In this document: in pieces, positions 53,770 through 64,000 of the stretch
Numbering within the stretch: the stretch's first letter is position 1
Layout of the letters: the number at the start of each line of letters is the position of its first letter
Assembly: GCA_030704615.1 (NCBI GenBank)
Contig: CM060732.1
Coordinates: 79,918,001 to 79,982,000, forward strand
Reading direction: 5' to 3'
DNA: 64,000 nt
Source of the DNA: Takakia lepidozioides
Taxonomy: Eukaryota; Plantae; Bryophyta
Position numbers and translations under genes: made by a program
Notes under the pieces: generated by a model
The model's database searches: none
What the model was told of the DNA's origin: nothing
The model's input: only the letters and a program-made list of their open reading frames with translations

Positions 53770-54472
53770 ACGTGGCATCACACCTGCTCAAACCAGAACA
53801 CGTGGCAGTATATGACATGACATTATTTATCCATATTTTCACCACGTGTAAAGATCCGTAGTCATATATGCTAGTCATATATTTTGTCTGTGTGCCACAT
53901 GTCACATCTCAAGTGCAACAGGTGTCCTGCTAACAATTCTCCATGTAGACATCCCTGTAGTCATATGAGCGAGTCATGTAGTCACCACGTGTGAAATCTG
54001 CCATAGCACACGTGTCCCGCTAGCGCCTCTCCATGTAGGCATCACTGTGCAGACATGTAGTCATATGATCATGGCAAGAAGTCGTGACATGTCAAATTCG
54101 CAGTGGCACACGTGTCCATCCGTCGCCTCTCAGGCATCACTTTACAGACATATAGTCATATGATCCCCTGACGAATGCATGACGTGTCGCTTGCGTAGTG
54201 GCGCACGTGTCCCGCTGAAGCCTCTCCATGTAGGCAATGCTCAACAGACAATGTAGTCATATATTAGTCATATAGTTGTGACTGCAACCCTCTCTGCAAT
54301 GGGACTTCAGGTGCCACGCAAGCAGTCACGGATATGACTTGCAAAACGCAGTCCTAAAGACTAGTCGCTACGACAGGGTTTTTTTCACTACAGAGTGATG
54401 TAGTCATGAACGCATATAAGACTGAAAAAATAGTCATATGTGAAGTCATAAAAACGCTCATCTGTTGTAGTG
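53770..54472. repeat. CACTA subterminal repeats and TIR
   Basis: Many tagtcat(at) and cacgtg(tc) motifs with ~115-bp higher-order units (ctctccatgtag...tagtcatat). Confidence 0.85.
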
Positions 54473-56489
54473 CATCATCGAGTGGATTAAACCAACTTCG
54501 GTCCGAGATGTACAATATTTTATGGGTTTTGCAAATTTCTATAGAATCTTCATCAATGACTACTCCAAAATTGCTGCATCATTGACACGACTCACAGGGA
54601 AGGAAATTTGTATGGGACGAGAAGGCTGACCAGGCATTTGAAAGGCTGAAGCAGACATTTACAACGGCTCCAATACTGGTACATGCAGACCCATCTAAAC
54701 CATTCTTCTTAGAAGCAGATGCATCGAACTTTGCACTTGGCGTGGTACTCTCACAATATGGTACAGATGGCCGACTCCACCCTGTTGTTTTTCGTTCTCG
54801 CAAATTTTCCGCTGCGGAGATCAATTATGAAATCCATGACAAAGAACTTCTAGCGATTATCGATGTTTTTGAGGAGTGGCGTCATCTATTGGAGGGAGCT
54901 AAACATCAGGTCACTGTCTATACCGATCACAAAAACCTCGAATATTTTATGAGTGCTCGTGTTTGAATCGACGTCAAGCGAGATGAAGTATGTCAATAGC
55001 AAGGTTTGATTTTGTTATTACCTACCGTCTCGGACATCTTCAAGGAAAACCAGATGCTCTTTCTCGACGATCGTATCTTGCGCCAAAGGAAAGAGATGCA
55101 GCTTTTGACCAACAGAAATCCATCATCTTGAAACCAGCAAATCTCCAATTGAATATGCTATCAATGTCCACATATGACGATGCAGAGATCATAAAAGAGA
55201 TTCATGAAGCACTGAAGAGCGACCAATTCACTATGACACTACGAAGCTTCTTCAACCATTACCCATTCCCAAGGGTCCATGGTCGTCCGTGTCTATGGAC
55301 TTTATTACGGACCTTCCAATCTCCAAGACCACTGATTCAATCCTTGTTATTGTAGATCGTCTTACGAAGATGACACATTTCATTCCATGTAATAAGACAG
55401 TTACCGGCGAGGAAACTGCAAGACTCTTCTTCAATAATATTTACCGCATTCATGGACTCCCGAAGGACATCGAGAACCACAGTTCATATCAAATTTCTGG
55501 AGAGGATTATTTCACATATTGGATACCAAGATCAACCTCTCTACAACTAATCATCAACAAACTGATGGTCAAACCGAACGTATAAACCAGATTTTGGAGC
55601 AGTATCTTCGCTGTACGATAAATTATCACCAAGATAATTGGACGGACCTTATGTCATTGGCTGAGTTTGCCTACAACAACACTATACATTCTTCGACCAA
55701 TCAAACTCCATTTTTCTCCAATTATGGTCATCATCCTCGAGCAAACCCTTTCCACATGAAGACTGTTGAAAGCCCTGCTGCAGAAAACCTTGCTACTCAT
55801 CTAGCTACGATTCACAAGGAGCTTACATCCCACCTCGCAGAAGCTCAAAAACAATACAAGGAGTATGCAGATCAACGTCGCTAACTCCAACCCCAGTTCA
55901 AGGTCGGAGATCGTGTGTGGCTTCTTCGACGAGACATACAAACCTCGCGACCATCAAGGAAGTTGGACTATCAACGCCTGTGACCATTCAAAATTATTCG
56001 ACAAATAAATCCGGTCAGTTTTCGGCTTGAACTCCTACGAAGTATGCGCATCCATCCAGTCTTTCATGTTTCATTATTGGAGTTGTATCATCCATCGAAT
56101 ATTCCAGGGAGAGTCTCCGTACTACCTCCACCAGTCGAATTCAATCAAGAACTTGAGTATGAAGTCGACGAAGTCATAGACTCTCGCATAAAGTATAAAC
56201 GTCTTGAGTATTTTGTACATTGGAAAGGCTACGACATCAGCGAACGAACGTGGGAACCTTCATCCAACCTCGCCAATGCATATGACAAAGTCTAAGAGTT
56301 TCATCAACGATATCCAGCTAAGCCCCGAGCTACACGTCAATAAGACGTCACAACGATGATGTCAGCCAAGTTAGCTTCAAGGTGAAGACTTCACATTCAA
56401 TGTACCTGATACACGATAAGGAGGGAGGAGCACCACACGTCAGTATATATAGCTACACTTCCAGCACTTTTGCATCTTGTATTGGCAGC

Positions 56490-56891
56490 ATGGAGTCACA
56501 GGAACTAGATACATTGGAGTTGTCGCTTACCCAGCTACCAGATCAGCCATTCCGACTCTCACGACCTTCAACATTACGCCGACACTCTCAAGACGATGGG
56601 CCACCAATGCGACGCGTACTTCTACGTCTGAACCCCGTACGACGACAAGTGGAGCCTACTCGAAGTCTGATAATTCTGTTGGAGGTTGAGGCTTCGGACC
56701 CGGAGGGCAACGAAATCATGTTTGAAGACAGCTTCGAAAATCAGAATGCTCAAATCACTGCGTGGTCCCAAGTTCAAGGTATTGGACACTATCGATGGTT
56801 GCAGGGACCTATAACTCATTTGAGTCAAGAACGAAGAGCCGAATACTTGACAAGTATCATTCGCCGGATTTTGGATTTTCTCCAACTCTAA
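56490..56891 (+). CDS. Extra ORF of unknown function between the chromodomain and the PPT (133 aa)
   Basis: Open frame 56382-56891; ATG at 56490 preceded by tatatatag (~56444) and by an acceptor-like tcttgtattggcag; stop lies ~40 nt before the PPT. Confidence 0.55.
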   Translation: MESQELDTLELSLTQLPDQPFRLSRPSTLRRHSQDDGPPMRRVLLRLNPVRRQVEPTRSLIILLEVEASDPEGNEIMFEDSFENQNAQITAWSQVQGIGHYRWLQGPITHLSQERRAEYLTSIIRRILDFLQL

Positions 56892-56947
56892 GCAAGTCCA
56901 AGATTTTTACCACTCCTCGAGGAACTCGGCGCTAGAGGAGGGGGTGA

Positions 56948-57497
56948 TGTCACAGACATAGCCCAGAGGAACTTACCAGGAGTAAATACCAGAAGTTACC
57001 AAGTTATCATGTTACCGAAAATTACCATGACTTACCGTGATTTATCATGATCTACCATGATTTACCATTACTTATCAAGTTACCGAGAGTTTACCAAATT
57101 ACCAAGAGTAACTTGGGAAACTACTCAGGAAGCTTCATTTGGAGGAAACTTCTCCATCAAGATACCTCATTTGCTTAAGGAAGCTTCTCCATCAAGAAAC
57201 CTTTATTTAATCTTGGAAACTTCTCCAGCAAGCAACCTCCATAGGGGAAGCTTCTTAGGAAAGCTTTTTAGTAGCCATAGCCCAGTTTCCAGTATCTGGT
57301 ACTCCAGTCCAGTTTCCAGCATTCCAGTATTCAAGTCGTGTTCCAATATCTTGTACTCTTGTTCATTATTATAAAGATCGTCTTGATTCTCATTTACTCA
57401 TCGTGCATTCGGTCACACCGACCTTGACTTCTTGTCTAGCCTTGTATTTCCTAATCTTATCTCTTGTTTGTGTTCAGTCATGTTCTCGTCCTTGACA
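56948..57497 (+). repeat. 3' LTR of chromovirus copy B
   Basis: TGTCA...TGACA termini directly after the PPT; internal ttacca(t/a)g repeats; homologous to 57702-58369 in reverse. Confidence 0.9.
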
Positions 57498-58369
57498 GTA
57501 AGAACAATCGTACTTGTTGAACAAAACCGTGAAATCTTGATCTCGTCCCATCAAATTTCTCGGACATGCTGACCTTTGGTCCCCTTGTAATCTGTTGAAG
57601 ATTTTGCATCTGGAGCTGAAGACTCTGCAATGTGACAACCATTTCCGCAAATGTGCCTTCCATCTTAACTAACTAAGGGACAAACTTTAGTTTCACCAAA
57701 CTGTCAAAGACGAGAACATGACTGAATACAAACAAGAGATCAGACTAGAGGTACAAGACTAGACAAGAAGTCAAGGTCGGCGTGGCCGAATGCATGATGA
57801 GTAAATAAGAATCAAGATGATCTTTATAACAACGAACAAAAGTACAAGATATTGGAATACGACTTGAATACATGAATGTTGGAAACTGGAAGAGAGTACC
57901 AGATACTGGAAACTGGGCTAGAGTACAGGGAACTGGACTGGGGTACTGGGAACTGGAAACAAGTAGTAGCTTGAACTGGAGTTGGCGAGACTGAAGAGTG
58001 TCCAATCTCGCCTCCTATATACACTGACTACCAAGAAGTCTCCTAAGAAGCTTCTCCTATGGAGATTTCTTGATGGAGAAGTTTCCAAGAGTAAACAAAG
58101 GTTTCTTGATGGAGAAGCTTTCTTAAACAAAAGAGGTATCTTGATGGAGAAGTTTTCTCCAAAGGAAGCTTCATGAGCAGTTTCCCAAGTTACTCTTGGT
58201 AATTTGGTAAACTCCCGGTAACATGGTAAATAATGATTAATCATGGTATATCATGGTAAATCAAGGTAAGTCATGGTAACTTCCGGTAACATGGTAACTT
58301 GATAACTTGGTAACTTGATAACTTCTGGTATTTACTCTTGGTAAGTTCATTTGGGCTATGTCCGTGACA
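57498..58369 (-). mobile_element. Chromovirus copy C: 5' LTR (58369-57702) plus gag N-terminus, interrupted by copy B
   Basis: Minus-strand LTR tgtcacggacatagccc...tttgaca; ATG at 57663 gives MEGTFAEMVVTLQSLQLQMQNLQQITRGPKVSMSEKFDGTRSRFHGFVQQVRLFL (gag-type PKV..PEKFDG motif), cut by the end of LTR B. Confidence 0.88.
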
Positions 58370-59469
58370 TCGAGCTATGGAGGGAACTCTCGTTTAGGTT
58401 TCGCTTACCCGCCTACCAGTATCTGCGTCATCCACCTCCATTTAAGCAGATTTGCACCACCTCTTGCACTAGCACATGAGGCTTTGAGCAGAGTTGCTGA
58501 TCTTGGACAAGATTAGTCATATCTGTTCATGGATTTTATCCATATGACAGAGTTGTGCTAGACTTGGTTGTCTTTGTTTCCACGGCTTCTTTGCCTTGTT
58601 CCGATCTGCACGAAACTTTTAAGGTGTTCCGGGTATTTTTTTCATTTATGTTTGTTCTTGTACACTAACGTCATTTGTTTGTGTAGGTCCCGCCTTGTGC
58701 TGCAGTGGGCAGAGTCTTTGTGGCTAAGGTTCAATTCCTCCAGAGGGCATTTTTGCTCAACAACTTAGAAAAAATAACCTCTTTTGTCGCTCCCACAAAC
58801 CGAACACTACATGAGTTGAGTTTGCATAAAACTCATCAAACATTCTTCGCAGTAGCCACCGGTTTGAGATCACATACCACAGAGTTGCCAATTGATCTTC
58901 CTCATAGGCTAGCCAGGAGCTGACGTGGCTCAAGTTCTTAAATGAAAATAAATAAATAAATAAAAATTGTGATAATAGTGGTCGAATAGTGTGATAGTAT
59001 TGGTGATCAAACATTTGTTTCAACTTGTCAATGTTTTCTTTGTAACAGCATGTGGTACATAGATAATGGGGCTTCTGTGCAGATTCTTTATCATGGCATG
59101 GAATGGTTCAATGACTATAAGATTTTACCTATATGAAAATCTATATTGAAGTAATTTAGTCCAAGCTGATTAGGATGTTATAGGCAAAGATAACGTGGGG
59201 ATATTTATGACAGTGGTAGTGAACATCACTTACCGATGTCTTCTATGTTCCTAGGCTATCCAAAAATCTATTCCTTTTAAATAAGACAACATCTTAAGGC
59301 TACAATATTGATCAATTTAGAAACACCATCATGTGCACGACGAAGAAAAACTAGGACAAACTAGTCGTACATGGAGTTCATAAGATCCGGCTCTATGATC
59401 AATTACATTGTAGTGCAAGGATGATGGTAAAGAATGTGCAACTTATAAGTAGTATTGAGGATTTAAAGA

Positions 59470-59960
59470 CCAACTTGTGGCATCAACGATTGAGCAGCCA
59501 TTTGGATTGACGTCATATTGAAAATATCAAACTCTTTATATTGCAGTAGAAGCTTGTGGATGGACAATTTATAAATAATAAAAGCAAAACTAGAGTTTTG
59601 CCAAAGTTGTGTGTTTGGACACAAACAAGAAATAAAGTCATTTCCAAAAGAAAGAGCATCAAGAATAAATGAACTAGAGATAATTTATTTTAACATATTG
59701 AGACCAACCAAATTGTAGTACTCTTTTAGCATTCTGAAACCTTTTTCGGTGTACTTTTGCTATTTGATCGTGAAGAGTAAAGAAGAGTGCTTCACAAAAT
59801 TCAATGAATTCAATACCTTTGTTGAAAGTCACACCAAGAAGAGGAGTAATATTGACAAAAAAATACATCTCCAAAGGATTCAATACTTCTCTCCAAGATC
59901 ACAGAGTCCATCGTCAAACTTTTGTTCCTTGCATTTCGTAACTTGGATTCTAAAGGATAG
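59470..59960 (+). mobile_element. Highly decayed Ty1/copia gag-pre-integrase/integrase relic
   Basis: LWHQRL (~59476), FCQSCVFG, FPKERASR..LE, KSKEECFTKFNEFNTFVESHT. Confidence 0.65.
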
Positions 59961-60342
59961 AGACTGATTGAGGAGATGATTAATTGAAAAACTAATTATG
60001 GAGATCATGTGATTTTCAACGAAAGATCTATTTTCAGCGATCATTTCAAAAGACATCACTATAGCTAGAGATGATGATAAGAAAAGCTGAAGAAGTTATT
60101 GTATTAGACATAGAGCTTGATGACGAGGAGAAGATCTTCAACTTAGATCAAAATTGTGATCAGTCTTATTTAGACTCCATTGACCAACAAGGTATTGAAG
60201 TCATGATACCATCGACTGAGTCTATTGTTCTATGTGTAAATTATCGAATAAATGTGAATGTGCCTCTTATTAGTACATCTTATTAATTTTCCTCTTCAAT
60301 AGTACCTAGCTATTTGAACACACATATATGCATAAAGTAGTC

Positions 60343-61070
60343 TACTTTGTGGGAACCGGATGGGTGACTAACCCTACTTCAATACATATGCACAAATTAG
60401 CGGTGTCATAATTCGATCTGGAAAGTAAGGAATTCCGTGAATTTGAAGAAAATTTGAGTGGGCCAATACTTTTGTTGGAGCGCAATGGCTGCCTCTCGAT
60501 TTCGGTATTGTTTGATCCCAGACGAGAGTCCAAGCGACATTCCGGGAGGCACTACGCCAGCCTACGACAGCTTGACCAAACTAGAAGATAGGTAGAAGTT
60601 GACAGGACGCGAGTCGACATAAGTATCAAAGCCGAACGGCGTGTAGGTCAGGGGGATATCCTGTACTTCATAGAGGGGACTGATACGCCGGTTGCTTCCT
60701 ACCACTTTTCGCATTGTTATTGGGTGCGGGTCCCGAAACTGGGACAAAAGTGTCAATCCGAAGCCAAGTTATTTTCACCCACAATTGAAATATTACATAA
60801 AACAAAATATGAACCTATGTATTTCCTCATAGAACAAAGAGTCGAGGTTCCCACGATTAGTAAAGTCTAGCTTGTCAAAGACAACCAACCCGACAAATGG
60901 TGAAATTTGAACAAGCAAGAATCTGTAACATATTAACTAGAAGGTCACATCAGTCGCCTCCATCTTTCGAGCTTAAAACTCATCACACAATGGGCTTTGC
61001 AGAAAGTAGTACAGTCGATGTGGACGGACTTCGCAATTGTTGGCTGCCTAATGCTTGGAGACAATTGTGG
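60343..61070 (+). pseudogene. Possible F-box protein C-terminal (FBA/kelch-like) relic
   Basis: YFVG...VS*FDLESKEF...LLLERNGCLSI...LDQTRR*VEVDR pattern resembles plant F-box associated beta-propeller segments; in-frame stops. Confidence 0.35.
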
Positions 61071-62541
61071 TCATCGAGTTTTAACTACAGCCGTATCTTT
61101 GAGTACATAGATAACATGCATTGAAAACTTTTGCATCCTAAAGAAGATGAAGCAATTGTCCGCCCTGATATACAACTGCATCTGGTTTGTACTACTGACA
61201 TTCTACTCTACTACTGACAATTTTGTGCAGCCTATTGATCTTTTTTGTGCTTCTACAATCATCATGTTGAAGTGAGAATGTCCCTTGAGCTTCTGACATC
61301 TTCATGTACATTACTATCTCTGGTCTAATTCTGATTCCTCATATGCATGCCTGTATGTTAAAGCATTTGATATACATGCTGACATCCCTCGGCGTGGAGG
61401 TCATCAGACACTTTTCAATTTCAACCATATTGATCATGTTTGATCAAGTACCGTTGTCACAAGACTTCTCAGACGGGGTATGCCCAGAAACGGCATCGTC
61501 TTGGAACGAGATTTTTGCTTAGGTTGGCCTTCTAAGTGGTCAGTGCTAGCCCCACTCAAGATTAACTACACGTCTCTACATGTGATCTAGTACAATATCT
61601 CGCTTCCAACGAGATTTCCGACGAGCTAGGATGGTTGCGCTCGGTTATCCTCACGACAGTCACGGTGAGGCTCAGCTTTCTCGAGTTGAGCCTCCCACGT
61701 TTGCCTATGTTGATTCTCGTGAAAGGATAAGGAAACCTCGACTGCTCCACCGTGAAATTAAACAGATACTTGTTTGTTGACGCATCTTGTGGATTCCACA
61801 GAGTTTGGGGTGCACGTGACTCGACTCTTTGTTTTATGAGTGAAATGTAGAGGTTCATATTTTGTTTTGTGCAGTATATCACTCGAGAAAGCTCAGCTTT
61901 TCTAGTCTCGTAGTGCTATGCTAGATACAATGTTTGTCTTAGCACTGATTCAGGTTTTAAAGTTTGGAATTATGATTGATTATAGGGACTATAGTGATAA
62001 GATAGTCGTTGTAGGCAATGGTTAATTATCACGTTTTAGTGTATAGCAACATGTACGAGCATGAGAGATTACCGTGACAAATTTCTACAAGGCTACGGCC
62101 ATATATAACAATATTATAATGATATCATGCAATATTGTACGTTGTGTAAGTTAATACTTGGTTTAGGACAACTGGGAAGTTCTATGACCGAGACATGATT
62201 CAAGAGGTCTCAACAGCCAAGTAGAACTCCTTGCGCATTGTCTTCCCCACGTCCAACCTTCCACTGAAGAAGTGGTTGGGGATGATTTGTCCAATTTTTT
62301 TTTAATGAATCTAGGAGGACCAAGTGCTCTCCTCCAACACGAACGATTGAAACGACCCTTGGTAGTAAAATTAACTTGACAAGGTGTTTAAAACTCAAAT
62401 AGAAAACAAATGGAGAGGATGTAGATAGACACAAGCTAAGCGAATAGCCTAGAGGGTACGATATTAGACTTCTTCCTGTAGTGAGGAGCAGAGAATGTTA
62501 TAAACATATCAAGGCGGGGAGATATTTTTGAATTATACTTG

Positions 62542-62655
62542 AACGTCCACCGTGGCAAAATGGATGAATTCCACCGTGACTATGTTTCCACCGTGGCAAA
62601 ATTATTTCCACGGAGGATGACGTTTTGGCGGGGAGCGCCAGCTTCTCGCGCGCTT
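62542..62655 (+). promoter_or_regulatory. Repeat-rich promoter-like segment with an E2F-type site
   Basis: tccaccgtg at 62546, 62570 and 62587; TTTGGCGG at 62624-62631; followed by a CT-rich leader and a donor (c|gtgagt). Confidence 0.4.
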
Positions 62656-63583
62656 CTTCTTCCCTTTTCTCGCCGTTCTTCCATCTCCTCTTGCAGCGCG
62701 TACTGCTTGCGATGTGAGCAACGTGAGTATCGTGCTCAGATCATTGTGCTTAGGGGTAAGTTTTGTGAATGAGTTCCTTTATCTGGTTGTGAAGGCTTTG
62801 ATTCTAGCATGTGGTAGTGTAGCGTGGGGAGCAGCTGCAGGGAGGTAGTGTGGTGGCGTAGCGTCGCGAGTGTTTGCCTGCAGTACGCGCTAACCTTGCT
62901 CTGTGCAAGTTGTGTCAAATTTAAAGTATGGTAAAGCTCTGGTCTTCTTCTGTAATTGCTTTGCCAGACTTGTCATCCTTCTCCCATTATTCGTGAGACT
63001 CACTCTCACATGGTGCATCAGTACGTGGACCCAGCTGTTATCTTGTGTTGTGTGCATTGTGTCAGTGCTGATGCAATTGCTAGGGCTTGGCGAATTCTTG
63101 AAAGTAACCAGGCCGAGCCACGGGTGCTTACAGTCATAGTCAGGTATTGTGGTGCAACGTTGTAAGTTCAATTCACTTGTTTATCCACACTGGGAGAGGT
63201 TGTATTAGGTGCCTAGTAAGTGACGAGGGATCAACGCGTCGACCCAAGAGCTTTTCGGTACAATTTCACAAGGCTGCCCAGCTGATGTAGAGCCACTGAT
63301 GCTTGCAAGTAGCGTATGGCTTTGAAGTTGGGCTCGAAGGCAGCTACCCAGCAACCATAAGCTGCTGCTCTGAGGGAGAAGTATCCAATCTGCTCGTTTT
63401 TAATCTTCCAGGGGTATTTTCTTCATCTTGTTCATCTTGAGTTTTACATTAGAGAACCGCAGGTCTTTAGGTGCATAGTTAGTGATGCCCCATGCAAACC
63501 GCGTATTCTGGTACGCGACTAGATTTCGCTAGAACGGATTTTACCCGGCTATGTAGCTACCACTTATTCAACGCATGTTGCAG

Positions 63584-63644
63584 GTACCCTAAGGACGCTG
63601 ACAAAGTTCTGTTAGCCAAGCAAACTGGTTTGATATGAAGCCAG
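63584..63644 (+). pseudogene. Isolated BEL1-like (BELL/TALE) homeodomain exon with a nonsense codon
   Basis: cag|G TAC CCT AAG GAC GCT GAC AAA GTT CTG TTA GCC AAG CAA ACT GGT TTG ATA TGA AGC CAG|gtaac = (P)YPKDADKVLLAKQTGLI*SQ, matching BELL YPKDSDK.MLAKQTGLTRSQ; 61-nt exon with both splice sites. Confidence 0.8.
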
Positions 63645-64000
63645 GTAACATTTCATCGCAGAGGGTTTCTTGCTTGCGCTTGACAATGAGGTGTATGCTT
63701 GGGTTTCTGTCTGCCAAGGCTGAGTGAGTAGCTTGCTAAGCGAGCCAGCGCCCTGCTTGTGTCCGCTGGGAAGCAATCCTCGGCGCTCGTCGGTGACCTT
63801 ACCGCAATGTTCGATGCACACCAACATACCTGTGATCACAGCAAGGACTTCAGAGAAGATCGGAGAACTGACCTTAAAGAGAACAAACTGAGTTCACAGA
63901 AATGGGCCTCTTGACTGGTATGTGTAGAATAACTTTGTGGTTGAGCTTCATATTCAGAACCACGTTGTGTGGCACTAATGCATTTGACTATGGCTCTGTA

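Larger units (their letters stand above)
45733..54472. mobile_element. CACTA (En/Spm) DNA transposon, left end deleted
   Basis: Terminus ...tctgttgtagtg (reverse complement CACTACAACAGA) ends at 54472; subterminal repeat block; TnpD-like and TnpA-like genes inside. Confidence 0.92.
54473..57497 (+). mobile_element. Tcn1-like chromovirus copy B: RNase H, integrase, chromodomain, extra ORF, PPT, 3' LTR
   Basis: Near-identical to copy A from catcat.gagtggattaaacc; [27 protein letters not shown], chromodomain [11 protein letters not shown]...[17 protein letters not shown]; PPT agaggagggggg at 56934-56944. Confidence 0.93.

Noticed and set aside
58370-58930. Short ORFs right of LTR C
   Set aside because: No recognisable homology
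62470-62483. Second CACTA-like terminus (cttcctgtagtg)
   Set aside because: No matching left TIR or clear subterminal array; could be chance
1-64000. tRNA, rRNA, snRNA and conserved miRNA genes; most short antisense and intronic ORFs in the track
   Set aside because: No RNA gene signature recognised by eye (a covariance-model search would be needed); short ORFs are explained as shadows of exons, TEs or introns

Overview
Eukaryotic nuclear DNA from a land plant, most likely a non-seed plant such as a moss (inferred from the transposon complement, not proven). The left 41 kb holds three intact spliced genes that I could splice by hand into full-length frames. These are MIC60/mitofilin (- strand, 12 coding exons, 697 aa, one GC-AG intron), CCT3/TCP-1 gamma (+, 14 exons, 555 aa, head-to-head with MIC60) and a trehalose-6-phosphate phosphatase (+, 11 exons, 476 aa, G-box/ABRE-rich upstream region). 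A decayed Ty3/gypsy pol, MITEs and intronic LINE 3' fragments are interspersed. The right 23 kb is a nest of decayed transposons: a relic resembling a Replitron HUH-endonuclease transposon, three partial Tcn1-like chromovirus copies, a CACTA element, and copia, F-box and BELL-homeobox relics. One chromovirus copy carries an unexplained open extra ORF before its 3' LTR, and two of the LTRs form a large inverted repeat. The CACTA element's second gene is divergently oriented and combines a prion-like Y/G/Q/P region, an FCP1/NIF phosphatase-like domain and a Tnp1-like domain; this is the best candidate for an undescribed system. All family calls come from motif recognition without database searches.
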